Below are positions 38,475-51,179 of a stretch of 64,000 nucleotides of DNA, piece after piece (positions within the stretch are counted from its first letter, which is position 1; each line of letters opens with the position of its first letter). The stretch lies in the NCBI GenBank assembly GCA_030390025.1, contig CM059432.1:80416001-80480000 (forward strand). The letters run 5' to 3'. The stretch is from Squalus acanthias. Lineage: Eukaryota. Below the pieces are notes generated by a model. It worked only from the letters and a program-made list of their open reading frames with translations, searched no databases and had not been told where the DNA came from. The position numbers and the translations under genes were made by a program.

Positions 38475-39339
38475 GTACTTAAAATAATGATATAAGTTGT
38501 TACATGGCAGATACTGTCTATTTTGAATAGGTCAATGTGTTACTTCACCTCCCACATCCAAAGAATAAAGTAGTATTCAAACCAGGATTGGTTCTTAGAT
38601 TTGTTTTAATGAATATTTGTTATTTTTTACACTTTCCTTAATTTGGTGTCATTTTCATAACACGGTTTCACTGTAATTTGGCAGCATTGTTAGTATAACC
38701 TCTTTTGTATAGAGTACTGGGATATTCTTAAATCTGCAGCATATGCAACTCTGCTGAAAAAAGTAAGCTAAAAGTTGGCATGGATGCATCTGTCTAGACT
38801 GTGGTTCAGCGAAGTAAGACTAACAAAGTCAAGTTTCCAGAAGTAAGGAAAAACAAATGGTACAATGTGTCTTTCTAAAGAACAACAAATTGTTTTATGA
38901 AGACTTTGGAATTGCTTAAGACTTCAATTATTTAGGCAAGTGTATATTTTTGTTGAATGAAGTATTTTTGTAGGCTAGCATCTATTTATATTTGAAATTG
39001 AAACACGTGAAAGTGTTTAAGTTACTATATTGAGTTAGTTTTCTCGTTTTTAACGTCAGAATACTGGCTGATGGCTGTTGTCCTAGTCTCTCTCTTTCTG
39101 AAATGTAATCTGGAACAGTAATGAAGTAATAATTTTTGGGAATTTATAAAAGAGTGGGATGGATGTTAGAATGATTTCCAATGGTTACCATATTCATGAA
39201 AAACTGTTCAAACCTTTTCCATTTGCTTACTAATACAAACTGTGAAGAATTGTGTCAAAACACTTAATTGCTTATTATTAATGTAATTGTAATGAAATGA
39301 TGCTGGCTTCGCAACCTTGTCAAATAAAAAAGGTTTACC

Positions 39340-39470
39340 AAATACTTCCTCATAAAGTGTGGTGCCCAGAATTGGCCACAATAATCCAGCTGGGGCCTAA
39401 TTAGTGTTTTATAAAGGTTTAGCATAACTTACTTGCTTTTGCACTCTATGCCTCTATTTATAAAGAAAGA
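39340..39470 (-). mobile_element. CR1 fragment just upstream of exon 6
   Basis: Closely matches 40420-40540. Confidence 0.75.
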
Positions 39471-39570
39471 ACTCCTTGAGGAAAACTATCTAATTTCCTT
39501 TTATTACTGAAAGTTGTTAACATTTTTAAGAATTAGTTTTTTGAGGATATGCGCATTTACATTTATTTAG

Positions 39571-39732
39571 GAACTGATGAAGAGGACACCAAGGAGGCAT
39601 AATGACTATGCAGCAGTACTCGAGGCTCTTCAGGCCATGAAAACCGTGTGTTCCACCATCAATGAAGCCAAGAGACAAATGGAAAAACTAGAAATTCTAG
39701 AAGAATGGCAGTCACATATAGAAGGATGGGAG
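39571..39732 (+). CDS. PREX2: PREX2 coding exon (exon 6 equivalent): [54 protein letters not shown]
   Basis: tatttag|GAA...GAG|gtacag, 162 nt. End of DH domain including the conserved INE asparagine. Confidence 0.95.
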
Positions 39733-39928
39733 GTACAGCTGCTTTTCCTAGTTTAAAGCTTTACATCTCCAAACTTAAAGCTATGCTACGAGCAGGTTCC
39801 AAAACATGCTTTCCTGGTTGAAAGTTAGCTGGACTAGAGGTTTTGAAGTTTTAGAGATGTTTGACTTATGACAAAATGTGCCAACTTTTTAAAGATCATT
39901 ATTTTCTTGCACAGCAAAATTCACATTT

Positions 39929-41950
39929 CATAGAATCATAGAATGATACAGCACAGAAGGAGGCCATTTGGCCCATCGTGCCTGTGCCAGCTCTTTGAAA
40001 GAGCTATCCAATTAGTCCCACTCCCCTGCTCTTTCTCCATAGTCCTGCAATTTTTTCCCCTTCAAGTATTTGAATGTTACTATTAAATCTGCTTCCACCA
40101 TCCTTTCAGGCACTGCAATCCAGATCACAATAACTTGGTGTGTAATTATTTTTTTTTCTCATATCACCTCTGGTTCTTTTGCCAATTCCCTTAAATCTGT
40201 GTCCCCTGGTTACCGACCCTTCTGCCACTAGAAACCGTTTCTCCTTATTTACTCTGTTAAAACCCTTCATGGTTTTGAACATCTCTATCAAATCTCTCTT
40301 TAACCTTCTCCAAGGAGAACAATCCCAGTTTCTTTAGTCTCTCCACATAACTGAAGTCTTTCATCCCTGGTACCATTCTAGTGAATCTCTTCTGTACCCT
40401 CTCTAAGGCCATGACATCCTTACTAAAGTGTGGTGCCCAGAATTGGCCACAATACCCCAACTGGGGCCTAACTAGTGTTTTATAAAGGTTTAGCATAACT
40501 TCCTTGCTTTTGTACTCTATGCCTCTATTTATAAAGCCAAGGATCCTGTATGCCTTCTTAACAGACTTCTCAACTTGTCCTGCTGCCTTCAAAGATTTGT
40601 GTACATATACCCCCAGGTCTCTGTTCCTGCACCCCCTTTAAAATTGTACCATTTAGTTTATATTGCCTCTCCTCATTCTTCCTACCAAAATGAATCACTC
40701 TGCGTTAAATTTCATCTGCTATGTGTGTGCCAGTTTCACCAGTCTGTCTATGTCCTCCTGAAGTCTCTTACTTTCCTCTTCACTGTTTACTACATTTCCG
40801 AGTTTCGTGTCATCTGCAAACTTTGAAATTATGCCCTGTATACCCAAGTCTGGGCTAGTAATATATATCAAATAGAGCACTAGTCCCAACACAGATTTCA
40901 TATCCACACAGCCACTGTCCCTTTAATCCCATGGGTTTAAATTTTGCTAACAAGTCTATTATGTGGTACTTTGTCAAATGCCTTTTGAAAGTCCTTAGAC
41001 ACAACATCAACTGCAGTACCCTCATCAACCTTCCCCGTTACTTCATCAAAGAATTGAATCAAGTTAGTCAAACACGATTTCCCTTTAACAAATCTGTGCT
41101 GGCTTTCATTTATTGACCCAAATTTTTTCCAAGTGCCAATTAATTTTGTCCTGGATTATTGTCTTTAAAAGTTTCCCCACCACCAACATTAGGCTGACAG
41201 GCCTGTAGTTGCCGGGTTCAACCTCTCCCTTTTTTAAAAGGGGTGTAACATTTGCAATCCTCCAGTCCTTTGGCACCACCCCCATATCTAAGGAGGATTG
41301 GAAGATTGTGGCCAGACCCTCTGCAATTTCCCTAACAACCTAGGATGCATCCCATCTGGACCAGGTGACTATTCTACTTTGAGCGCAGCCAACCTTTCTA
41401 GTACATCCTCTTTATCTATTTTTATCCTATTCAATTTCTCTACTACCTCCTGCTTTACTGTGACATTGGCAGCATCCTCTTCTTTAGTGAAGGCAGATGC
41501 AAGGTACTCGTTTAGTACATCATCCATGCCCTCTACCTCCACAAGAAGATCTTCTTTTTGGTTCCTAATCAGCCCCACCCCTTCTTTGACTACCCTTTTA
41601 CTATTTATGTGTTTATATGTGTTCCCTTTTATGTTACCCACTAATCTATTCTCATACACTCTCTTTGCCCCCCTTGTTTCCTTTTTCAGTTCCTCGCTGT
41701 ACTTTTTGTATTCAGCTTGGTTGTCTACTCAATTATGAACCTGTCATTTATGATAACCCTCCTTTTTCTGTTTTATTTTAATCTCTGTATCTTTTGCCAT
41801 CCAGGGAGCACTAGTTTTGATGCCCTTCCTTTACCCCTTGTGGGAATGTGTCTAGTCTGTACCTGAACTATTTCCTCTTTGATGACCCTGCATTGCTCAT
41901 TTACTCTTTTACCTGCCAATCTTTGATTCCATTCCACCTGGGCCAGATCC
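39929..41950 (-). mobile_element. CR1 LINE, 5'-truncated with deletions
   Basis: LVRPQL.YC.QFWAP, ISKFADDTKL; (CATAGAAT)n tail. Confidence 0.9.
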
Positions 41951-42359
41951 CTTTTGTTTTGGCAAAGATCTATATTATTGTTAAGCTTCATTAGAGTTAC
42001 AGAATTAGCTCACTATTCACAGCTATCAAGGATCAAAAAATCTAACTGCAGCATGCTCAGTATTCTCTCCTAATATTTTATCTCAGTAATTTTGTATTGT
42101 AGGATTTGTTGTACTTGTTTTGGCTCTGGTTTTACATGTTTCATAACTACTGACAGACAGCTGGCTTCTGACTTAGAGCTGTCTCTTACTACTCAAAAAT
42201 GAAATGTTTTCCGCTTCACAAACAGTGAGAGTATCAAAGACTCCCTAGGCCAAGTCATTTGTAGGTCATCACGATCAACAAAGTTCCACAAAACTACTTT
42301 TAGTCGGGGAGGGGAGAGGGGAAGAACAAAAATTACCCCCTTTGCTGGATTGTATATAT

Positions 42360-42725
42360 AATTTAAAATTCTCACCCTTGTTTTGAAATCCCTCCATAGT
42401 CTTGCCCCTCCCTACCTCTGTAACCTCCTCCAGCCCTACAACCCTCCGAGATCTCTGTGCTGCTCCAATTCTGGCATCTTGCGCATCCCCTATTTTAGTC
42501 GCTCCACCATTGGTGGCCGTGCCTTCAGCTGCCAAGGCCCTAAGCTCTGGAACTCCCTTCCTAAACTTCTCTACCTCCCCCTCCTCCTTTAAGACGCTCC
42601 TTAAAACCTACCTCTCTGTCCTAATATCTCCTTCTGTGGCTCGGTGTCAAATTTTGTTTGATAACGCTCCTATGAAGCGCCTTGGGACGTTTTACTACAT
42701 TAAAGGTGCAAATTGTTGTTGTATA
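42360..42725 (+). mobile_element. L2 3' tail fragment
   Basis: KSLHSLAPPYLCNLLQPY...GGRAFS...PKLWNSLP. Confidence 0.85.
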
Positions 42726-43007
42726 TGTAGCAGAGTTGTTGGGGAGGAACCAGCTACTGCCAAAGACAGTCATCACCCACAGCTTATAAAGCTTGCGCAT
42801 ATTCATTTTATGTGCATTATGGTCTTATGTGGGTTGCAAGTTTACACTCAAATCTTTGCCAACTATATCTGGCCTTTTGTTAGGCCTATAGATTTTAGTT
42901 GATATTATGACCATTAATCATTCCTGGTTTCTACGAAAATAATGTAATAAGTGGATTATCTTTAAATAATATAGATTATTGTTGCTTTGTGATGATTTGC
43001 TAATACG

Positions 43008-43168
43008 AGGATTGAAATTTAACTTCGGCTAGGATGCAAAACAGCCAGTTCAGGATTGGCTGCCCGTTATACACCTCGCCCGATTTTTCTTTCCGTTGAC
43101 ATTGTACAATGGATGGCCGATCTTCTGCCGCTCGTTTTGCGCCCTCACCGAAGTTGAATTTCAGCCCC
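43008..43168. mobile_element. Short foldback MITE
   Basis: About 35-bp imperfect TIR (TGAAATTTAACTTCGG / CCGAAGTTGAATTTCA). Confidence 0.7.
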
Positions 43169-43229
43169 ACTGTTCTCTTAGTTCGTAAGCTCATGAGATC
43201 ATATATAACTTTTTGTATCGTAACAACCT

Positions 43230-44275
43230 CAATGTTAAATTTCGTCTGATAACGCTCCTGTGAAGCTTCTTGAGATGTATTACTACGTTAAAGGTACTTT
43301 ATAAATGCAAGTTGTTGAGGTTGTTCAGTGTGGAGAGGCTTTGGGAGATGAGTCACTAGCCACAGAATACCTAGCCACGGCATTTATTTGGCTGGTCCTG
43401 TTGAGTTTCTGGTTAATGATGACTTCCAGTATGTTGATGGTGAGGGATTTGACGATGACAATGCTATTGTTTGGACCAAGGCTGTAATGAGGTCTGGAAG
43501 CAAGTGGTTCTGATGGAACCCAAAATGAACATCCGTGAGCAGGTTAGTGGTGATTAAGTGCTGCTTGATAACACTGTTGATGACTCCTTCCATCACCGTG
43601 CTGATAATTGAGAGTAGGCTGATAGGGTGGTAATTGTAAGGGCTGGATTTTTCCTGCAATTTGTGGATAGGACATACCTGGGCAATTGTCCACATTGTCG
43701 GTTAGATGCCGCTGTTGTAGCTGCGCTGGAACAGCTTGGCTAGAGGCGCAGCTAGTTCTGGAGCACAGGTCTTCAGCATTACAGCCGGGATGTTGTAGGT
43801 TCTGGTCACTGTACTATGCTAAGGACATCCTGGCTTTGGGGAAGCTACAGAGACAGGTAACCAACAAATATTGGCGATTTGGTACCTGACATTGGAGCTG
43901 CTACAAGATATTAAGGAAACTGGACGTGTTTATACCAAAGAGAAGGCTCAGGGGAGATCTTATCAAAGTTTTCAAGATTCTAAGAGGTACAGATAAACAA
44001 AAACTTAATAAATTGGGGATACACATAGGCTTAGAAGATAGAATTAACTGCTTCACTTAGAAGATGGTGAATGTGTGGGACAGGCTGCTCAGGGAGATGG
44101 TGGAAGCAGTTAGTGCCAGAAAATATAGTAAAGAGTTGAATAATATTTTGTCAAAAGACATGATTTGAAGAATATGAGTGAGTATAGTATAGTGTGGTAT
44201 TGTTTTGAACTATGGGTTAGGCAGATGCTTTACAATGATCTTTTCTGGTCCTGTCGATTCCTATGTTCCTATATG
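43230..44275. mobile_element. Mosaic of L2 tail (+), CR1 family B fragment (-) and old CR1 3' end (+)
   Basis: ORF 43384..43695 NYHPISLLSIIS; CR1-like tail near 44260. Confidence 0.65.
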
Positions 44276-45042
44276 TACACACACACCAGTATAGTCCAAC
44301 CTGATAAACCAAATGCTGGACATCTACATGACCTACATTAAAATTACATTTTTGTAGTCAATTATTTAGTTAATAAGCAAATTGTTAGGTAGTAATACAT
44401 AGATCTTAACGGTGGAGAAAATAATGCATTGAATCCTTTTGTGCCTCACTAATTTACTGAGTTTAGCCTTTATATACAACAATAATGAGTGCCATCTGTG
44501 AAAGTTTTATCTTTTTTGCCTGGTTTTTACGACTTATAATTATGTTGAATTTTTAACTCAAGACTGTCTGTGTAAGTGGTGTAACCAGCTGATTAGAGAT
44601 AGAAGACTTCTTTGTGGCAGCAAAAAATTGCATGATGCTTATATTTAATATGTAGCATCTAAAAAAAAATCTTAAAGACACAGAAAGTAAATTCAATAGA
44701 TGCTGAAGTGCAGCACTTGGCAATTCAGTGAGCAGAAAAATAAATGTGAATGGCAGGTGAATGTTCTTGTGGGGCACCAGTAAACCAACGGTGTGCTTAA
44801 TTGAGTGACTTTATTGCCAACATATAGTGCGAAGGTCAGCTGTAGCAGAAAATAGCTCCCAGTATAAAAAAGTGCGGTTAACAAATCCTCAGACCTGCAA
44901 ATATCTTTTTTTCAAAGTAAGTCAAATTGGAACCAGAGCATGGTCTGGAGCCCATGCAGGGATAGATTAGAATCTAGAAAGATCAAATATAACTAACTTT
45001 TATGTGGTACAGTTGATTTCAAATGACTTGGTAGAACACATA

Positions 45043-45907
45043 GGGCTGGATATTGCCGGCGCTCAGAGGGCGGGTCAAAGGTTAAAATGGTTTTGATTGA
45101 CGGCGGGTTGCGATCCTGCCGTCAACCCGCCTCCAAACAATTTTCCCAAGTGTCGGGTCCCTGATTTGCGCATAGACCTGAAACCTAGCGGCGGGAAGAG
45201 GATTAAAGCCAATTACCTGCCTATTAACAGGTAGTTGATAGTAGTCGACAGGCTATTTTTAAATTTTGCCGCTTCTGCCTCGGGTTTCCCGACGTCCGGA
45301 CACCACGCCAGGTAAGTGTGGTGTGTTGTGAGTCTGCTGTAACGTTTCTGGATTGATGACAGCTGCAGAAGTGGTGTGAAGGATCCAGTGGTGCACTGGT
45401 GAGTCTCAGAGGTAAGAAAATGGTGGGAAATTCATTTTTAATGCATTTACACATTTTTTTAGGTAACAAGTTTTGAAATCCATGTCCAGTGCCACTTCAT
45501 TGGGAGAACCTCTCTCACCAGTGACAGATCACTTCTGTCACCTCACCTGTAGCTGCCATCTATTCCAGCCTATGGAGGGAGTCATTGGAGAGCCTGGGTG
45601 CAAGAGTTCACCTTTGTACAGTGATTGTCAGTGTTTGCAGCACCTCAATGCTGTCAAACACTGAGAAATCAGCTGTCAAAAAAAAATTGTGCATGGTCCC
45701 TTTAAGAAAACCGGCAGATGATGCATCATCAAATGATGTCATCTGACCGGCTTCCTCTTAATTGGCCGGCAGGCCCGCAGGGCGGGCTTAACAAGATCAA
45801 TCAACGTAAAATCACGTCTGTGGGCCGGATGCAGTTGGGGGCGGGACTGGAAGCCGGAAACCACCTGACCCGCACCCAACCCGCCTCCATTGAAAAAAAT
45901 CGCGGCC
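45043..45907 (-). mobile_element. Harbinger-type MITE, deletion derivative of the 56850-58596 family
   Basis: ATA|GGGCTGGATATT ... AAATCGCGGCC|ATA. Reverse complement of the right part aligns to 56850-57185, then jumps to about 58080-58190. Confidence 0.8.
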
Positions 45908-46280
45908 ATAGTCTCAGTTGAATTTTACCTTTTTTTAATAGTAGTTTTCAAACAAGTGAATATTAAAGGCAGATAAATTTCACTGCATATTAAAGAATGT
46001 AAAGTTAAGTGCGAAAAGAAAAACATTAAAGAATAAAATAGCATTTATTATTAATCAATTCAGGTGTTAAAAAATCCACCATACATCCTTAATAGGCTAT
46101 TGCACCCTGGCTGTATAAAAATGTATCAAAAATGGGAGTGATTGCTGACATGAGAAGTTTGAGTCGTTCAGTGCATGCACACCTGTATGGGGTGGAGCCG
46201 AACCGAGCCGAGCCGAGCCTAAACACCGTCCTGCCCTCCACCGGAGACACGCCTGCGCACCCAAGGGGGGAGACGAAGGG

Positions 46281-47390
46281 CATCGGAGGGGGAGAGGAGA
46301 GGGGATCGGGGGGGAGAGGAGAGGGGATCGGGGGGGAGAGGAGAGGGGATCGGAGGGGGGAGAGGAGAGGGGATCGGAGGGGGGAGAGGAGAGGGGATCG
46401 GAGGGGGGAGAGGAGAGGAGAGGGGATCGAAGTGGGTATCGGACAGGGGATCGGGGGGAGAGGAGAGGGGATCGGAGGGGGGAGAGGAGAGGGGATCGGG
46501 GGGGAGAGGAGAGGGGATCGGGGAGAGAGGAGAGGGGATCGGGGGGAGAGGAGAGGGGAGGGGATCGGGGGGGGAGAGGAGAGGGGAGGGGATCGGGGGG
46601 GGAGAGGACAGGGGATCGAAGGGGGGAGAGGACAGGGGATCGGGTGGGAGAGGAGAAGGGATCGGGGGGAGAGGAGAAGGGATCGGAGGGGGGAGAGGAG
46701 AGGGGATCGGAGGGAGGAGAGGAGAGGGCGAATCGGAGGGGGGAGAGGAGAGGGGATCGGAGGGGGGAGAGGAGGGGGGATCGGAGGGGGGAGAGGAGAG
46801 GGGATCGGGGGGAGAGGAGAGGGGATCGGAGGAGGGAGAGGAGAGGGGATCGGACGAGGGAGAGGAGAGGGGATCGGAGGAGGGAGAGGAGAGGGGGTCG
46901 GAGGAGGGAGAGGAGAGGGGATCGGAGGAGGGAGAGGAGAGGGGGTCGAAGGGGGGAGAGGAGAGGAGAGGGGATCGAAGGGGGTATCGGACAGGGGATC
47001 GGGGGGAGAGGAGAGGGGATCGGAGGGGGGAGAGGAGAGGGGATCGAAGGGGGGATCAGACAGGGGATCGGGGGGAGAGGACAGGGGATCGAAGGGGGGA
47101 TCGGGAGGGAGAGGAGAGGGGATCGGAGGGGGAGAGGAGGGGGGAGAGGAGGGGGGATCGAAGGGGGAGAGGACAGGGGATCGGGGGGGAGAGGAGAGGG
47201 GATCGAAGGGGGGAGAGGACAGGGGATCGAAGGGGGGAGAGGACGGGATCGGGGGGAGAGGACAGGGTATCAGGTAGGAGAGGACAGGGGATCGGAGCGG
47301 AAAGAGGACAGAGGATCGGGGGAGAGGACAGGGATCAGAGTGGAGAGAGGACGGGATCAGGGGGAGAGGACGGGATCGGAGGGGGGAGAG
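46281..47390 (+). repeat. Purine-rich minisatellite, unit about GAGAGGAGAGGGGATCGGAGGGGG
   Basis: Dozens of 20-25-nt variant units, almost all G/A on the + strand. Confidence 0.95.
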
Positions 47391-47760
47391 GTTCAGGAAC
47401 TTGGGAGGTGGTGGAGAAGGTCAGGAACTTGTGAAGGGGAGGTGGTCAGGAATTCATGGGGGACGGCGAAGGTCAGGAACGGGGGAGAAGGTCAGTAACT
47501 CGGGGGGAGGTCAGGAACTCGGGTGAAGGTCAGGAACTCGTGGGGGGTGGGAGAAGGTCAGGAATTGGGGTGGGGGAATAGGTCAGGAACTTGTGGGGGA
47601 AGACGGTCAGGAACCCGTGGGGGCTGAAGGTGAGGAACTCGTGGGGGAGGGGGGGGGGAGTAGGTCAGGAACTCGTGGTGGGAGAAGGTGAGGAACTCGT
47701 GGGGGGGGGGGAGTAGGTCAGGAACTCGTGGGGGGTGGGAAGGTCATGAATTGTGGGGGT
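47391..47760 (+). repeat. Second G-rich tandem repeat (AGGTCAGGAACTCGTGGGGG-like)
   Basis: About a dozen GGTCAGGAAC-type cores with G-rich spacers. Confidence 0.85.
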
Positions 47761-48586
47761 GGGAGGGGAGTATGGAGAGAACAGGGGGGATGGGGGAAGA
47801 ACGTGATCCAGGTCTAAAGGGGGCGGGGGACGAGAGTGAGAACGTGATCCAGATGGGAAGACTGCTCACGTTCTCCCTCCCTCTGTTAGATGCGGATCAC
47901 ATTCTTCCAACTCCACCCCCAGCCCCTTTACACCCGCACCACGTTCTCCCTCTCCTTCCCCCTAGATCTAGATCACGCTCTTGACCATGAACGGCAGTGA
48001 GTTTCTCGGAAAGCCCGGTGCGTGTGCGACAAGTGACATCATTGGACTGGCTGAAATCCGGAAGTCATGACACTGTCACTATTCACTTCGTACCCAATAA
48101 CCCTGTTAACAATCCCTGACCCACACACAATGCCCCATCAGTCACCGCAACTCTCACCCAGAGTGTTTAGTTTGACGGAGTGATTAGCGACAGCGTGGCT
48201 ACTTCCTGTTTTCGATTGACCTGTGATGTCATCCTGCGCATGAGCCGGGCCACTCGATGACATCATTCTCAGCGCATGCTAAGAATCTATGGTTCTGGTA
48301 GTGATGTCACTTGCAATGACATCACCCTCACCTGTTCTCGTTTAATGAAATGTGCCTCACTAAACCAACCTTGCAGCTCAAATTATGTAAAATAGTCAAT
48401 GCTGTGGATTTGTGGAATTCAGCCTCAGAGAAACGGCTACAGCACCCCGCGTGATCTTGCATCGCCTGTTCATGGGGTCACATATTTGAAGGGGCCCAAA
48501 AGTCAACTCGAACTTAGCATTGGGGAACAGCTCAGGTGTTGCCTGATGGCACCATTGCTAATTCCTACTATCACTCTGCTGATTCA

Positions 48587-48787
48587 AAAACAAAATACTG
48601 CAGATGCTGGAAATCAAATATAAATTGCTGGAAAAACTCAGCAAATCAGGCAGCATTTATGGAAAGAGAAACAGAGTTAACATTTCACGTTCTGATGGAA
48701 GGTCATCAACCTGAAACGTTAACTCTGTTTCTGTCTTCACAGATGCTGCCTGACTTGCTGAGTATTCCCAGCATTTTATGTTATGTC
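48587..48787. mobile_element. Penelope-like terminal repeats in inverted arrangement
   Basis: 48587-48687 and 48690-48787 are reverse-complement copies; hammerhead-like CTGATGG...GAAACGTT at about 48692-48720. Confidence 0.65.
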
Positions 48788-49789
48788 ACTTAACTGATGA
48801 TTGGGAGGAGGTCGACAGGGCAGGCTGTATGTGGCTGTGTGAGAGTTATCTTGCTTTTCCAGGTGACCCTCCACATTAACAGGTCGATGCCACTGTCATG
48901 GCTGCACTGGAGCAGCTTGGCTCAGGGAGCCTGCCTGTGACAGTGACTGGATCAAATTACACATTTCAAACAAACTTTTGGGTGTGTCTTGTCCTCCAAG
49001 GGGACCAATCAGAAATCAGGTCCAACCCACTTGTAGTGCAAATAAATTTAGATAGAGGTTCCCTCAATATCTCAGTAAATGCAGTGCTCACTCAAAATCT
49101 TCTTACAAAGACATGTTGCTTGTTATTTTTCCTTCTACAAATTAAATGTCCATGGTTCAAAATAAGCTTTTGGACATAAAAAAAAGCAGAATAAAAAGAC
49201 AAATTTCACAATAACACGTTTAAAACCGTAGTGTTCTGCAGCACCAGGCCATTTGGGTTCTCGTGTCTGTGCCAGCTCTTTGCTGGAACTAGTCAAAGCT
49301 AATCACACTGCCTTGCTGTCTCCACATAACCTTGTATCGCCATCTGCTTCAAATGTGCATCCACTATTCACTTAAAAGATGCTGTGTTCACTGCCACAAC
49401 TACTTCAATGGAAGGCGAAGAGGATGTCTTTGGTTTTGCTCACAAAAAGCTGAAGAGATAGAGAAGGCGATTTTCATATGCCTATCGCCATGTTAACGCT
49501 GGAAAACAAGGTGATAGGCAAACACATTTTGTTTAAAAGTCCCGCCCAATGCCAAACTGATTCGATTTTTGAACTGGTCGTAAATAAACAACCAGTGCTC
49601 CTAACCAAAACAGGCTTTAAATATGCCCATTATAGGTCCTCGACAAGATTTTTCTGTACCAGTGGGTGGAGCGCATTCCCTGGATAACGTTTTTTATGGG
49701 TGATGGTTCTGCATCAACACCAGCTGGAGATGTTTCTGAGATTCTTTGATACTGACTTCAGACATTGCGGTTGGTGACCCCCCCGCCAA

Positions 49790-50550
49790 GATATTGATGT
49801 TGGAGGACTTGGACATGATTGTGCAGTAGAAGGCCAAGGATAGATGGTTTGGCATTCTCTTGTTCAAGATGGTCTTTACCTGACACTTATGTGGCACAGA
49901 TGTTACCCGCCACTTGTCAACCGGAGCCTGGATGTTATTCAAGTCCTGCTGGGATAAATTGAGAGAATAGCAATTGTGAGAAAAGTTAGAAAAGGGAAAG
50001 TTATTATGCCTTAATAGATAAGATTTTAAAGGGAGTAGAGGTGCAGAGGGAACTTAGTGCAGATACACAGATCATTAAAGATGGCAGCACAAGTTGATAC
50101 GGCTAAAAAAGGCCAATGGAATCCTTGCTGTTGAATCTAGAGGTTTTATAACATCAAAGTATATTGCACTTATAATTGACCTTAGTTAGACTGCAATTTT
50201 CATATTGTGTATAGTTTTAGCGTCCCATTAAAGGAAGGATATAAATGCAATGGAAAAGGTATAGTGTACATTCACTAAATTGAAGGGTTACAGTTATGAA
50301 GAGATATTTGAGAAGTTAAGTTTTTTTCACTAGAACTGAGAAGTTTAAGGGTGACCTGACACAGAACTTCAGAACTATGATGGCTTAAGATAGGATGAAT
50401 AGTGATAGATTGTTTGTTTCTATTGGCAAGACAGTAACAAGAGGGGACAGTGGAATATGAAAAGGTATAGGTGTCTCATGTGAGGAGCTCACCTCCATAG
50501 ACTTGATGGACCGAATGACCTGTCTCAATGCTGCAGCAGTCTATCATTTA
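49790..50550. mobile_element. Old CR1 fragments (family B on -, then a decayed CR1 3' end on +)
   Basis: DKWRVTSVPHKCQ in a minus ORF; decayed LVRLQF.YCV.F on +. Confidence 0.6.
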
Positions 50551-51179
50551 TATCTTAAGCAAATACTGCAAATCACCATGGGAGGTAGAGAAAAAAATAT
50601 GAGGGCTAATTTTCCAAGTCCTCGCCCATGGTGAAGTACCTCGCACACCATAAGCCACATGTCACAGAATCGTGGGTGGTGGCTCTGTGATTTCCCAATG
50701 CACGTTCCTCACAAACAAGATTTCTTAAATATAAATAACTGAGAATAAAGAGTTTTGGGAGGGAAAGACAAACACAATTAGTTACATTGTAATCATTGTA
50801 CTTGATTTTGTGAAGTGGAAGGTGAATAGTAAACTAAGTAGTATATCTGTGAGAGTCTTTATTTTTCAGTGTCAGTAAGGTCTAATATTTTTATCTCTTC
50901 AGTCATGTGATAGATTGTATCGTATATTTGTTGTATTACAATAATGGGCGAACCACTGTTACATTTAGGCTGCAGCAGGACCCCACTCTAGATCCTGGAC
51001 TGCTGATGAGCAATAACATGGGAAGTGTATTTGTGCGATGATTAAATAATTGTACCAGCGTTTAAATAAAATGGAGTGCTTCATTAACTGCCTCACTTTT
51101 TTGGAAGGTGAAAGAAGTCTAAGGAAAGAAGTTTGCACTGGATTATATAAAGTACCTGCTCATCTTTGCTCTTAGCATT

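Noticed and set aside
46132..47498. 381-aa and 284-aa Gly/Arg/Glu-rich ORFs
   Set aside because: They are by-products of a stop-free purine minisatellite that is open in more than one frame, with no other coding evidence.
46281..47760. CRISPR-like repeat array
   Set aside because: There are no unique spacers or cas genes, and the context is a vertebrate intron.
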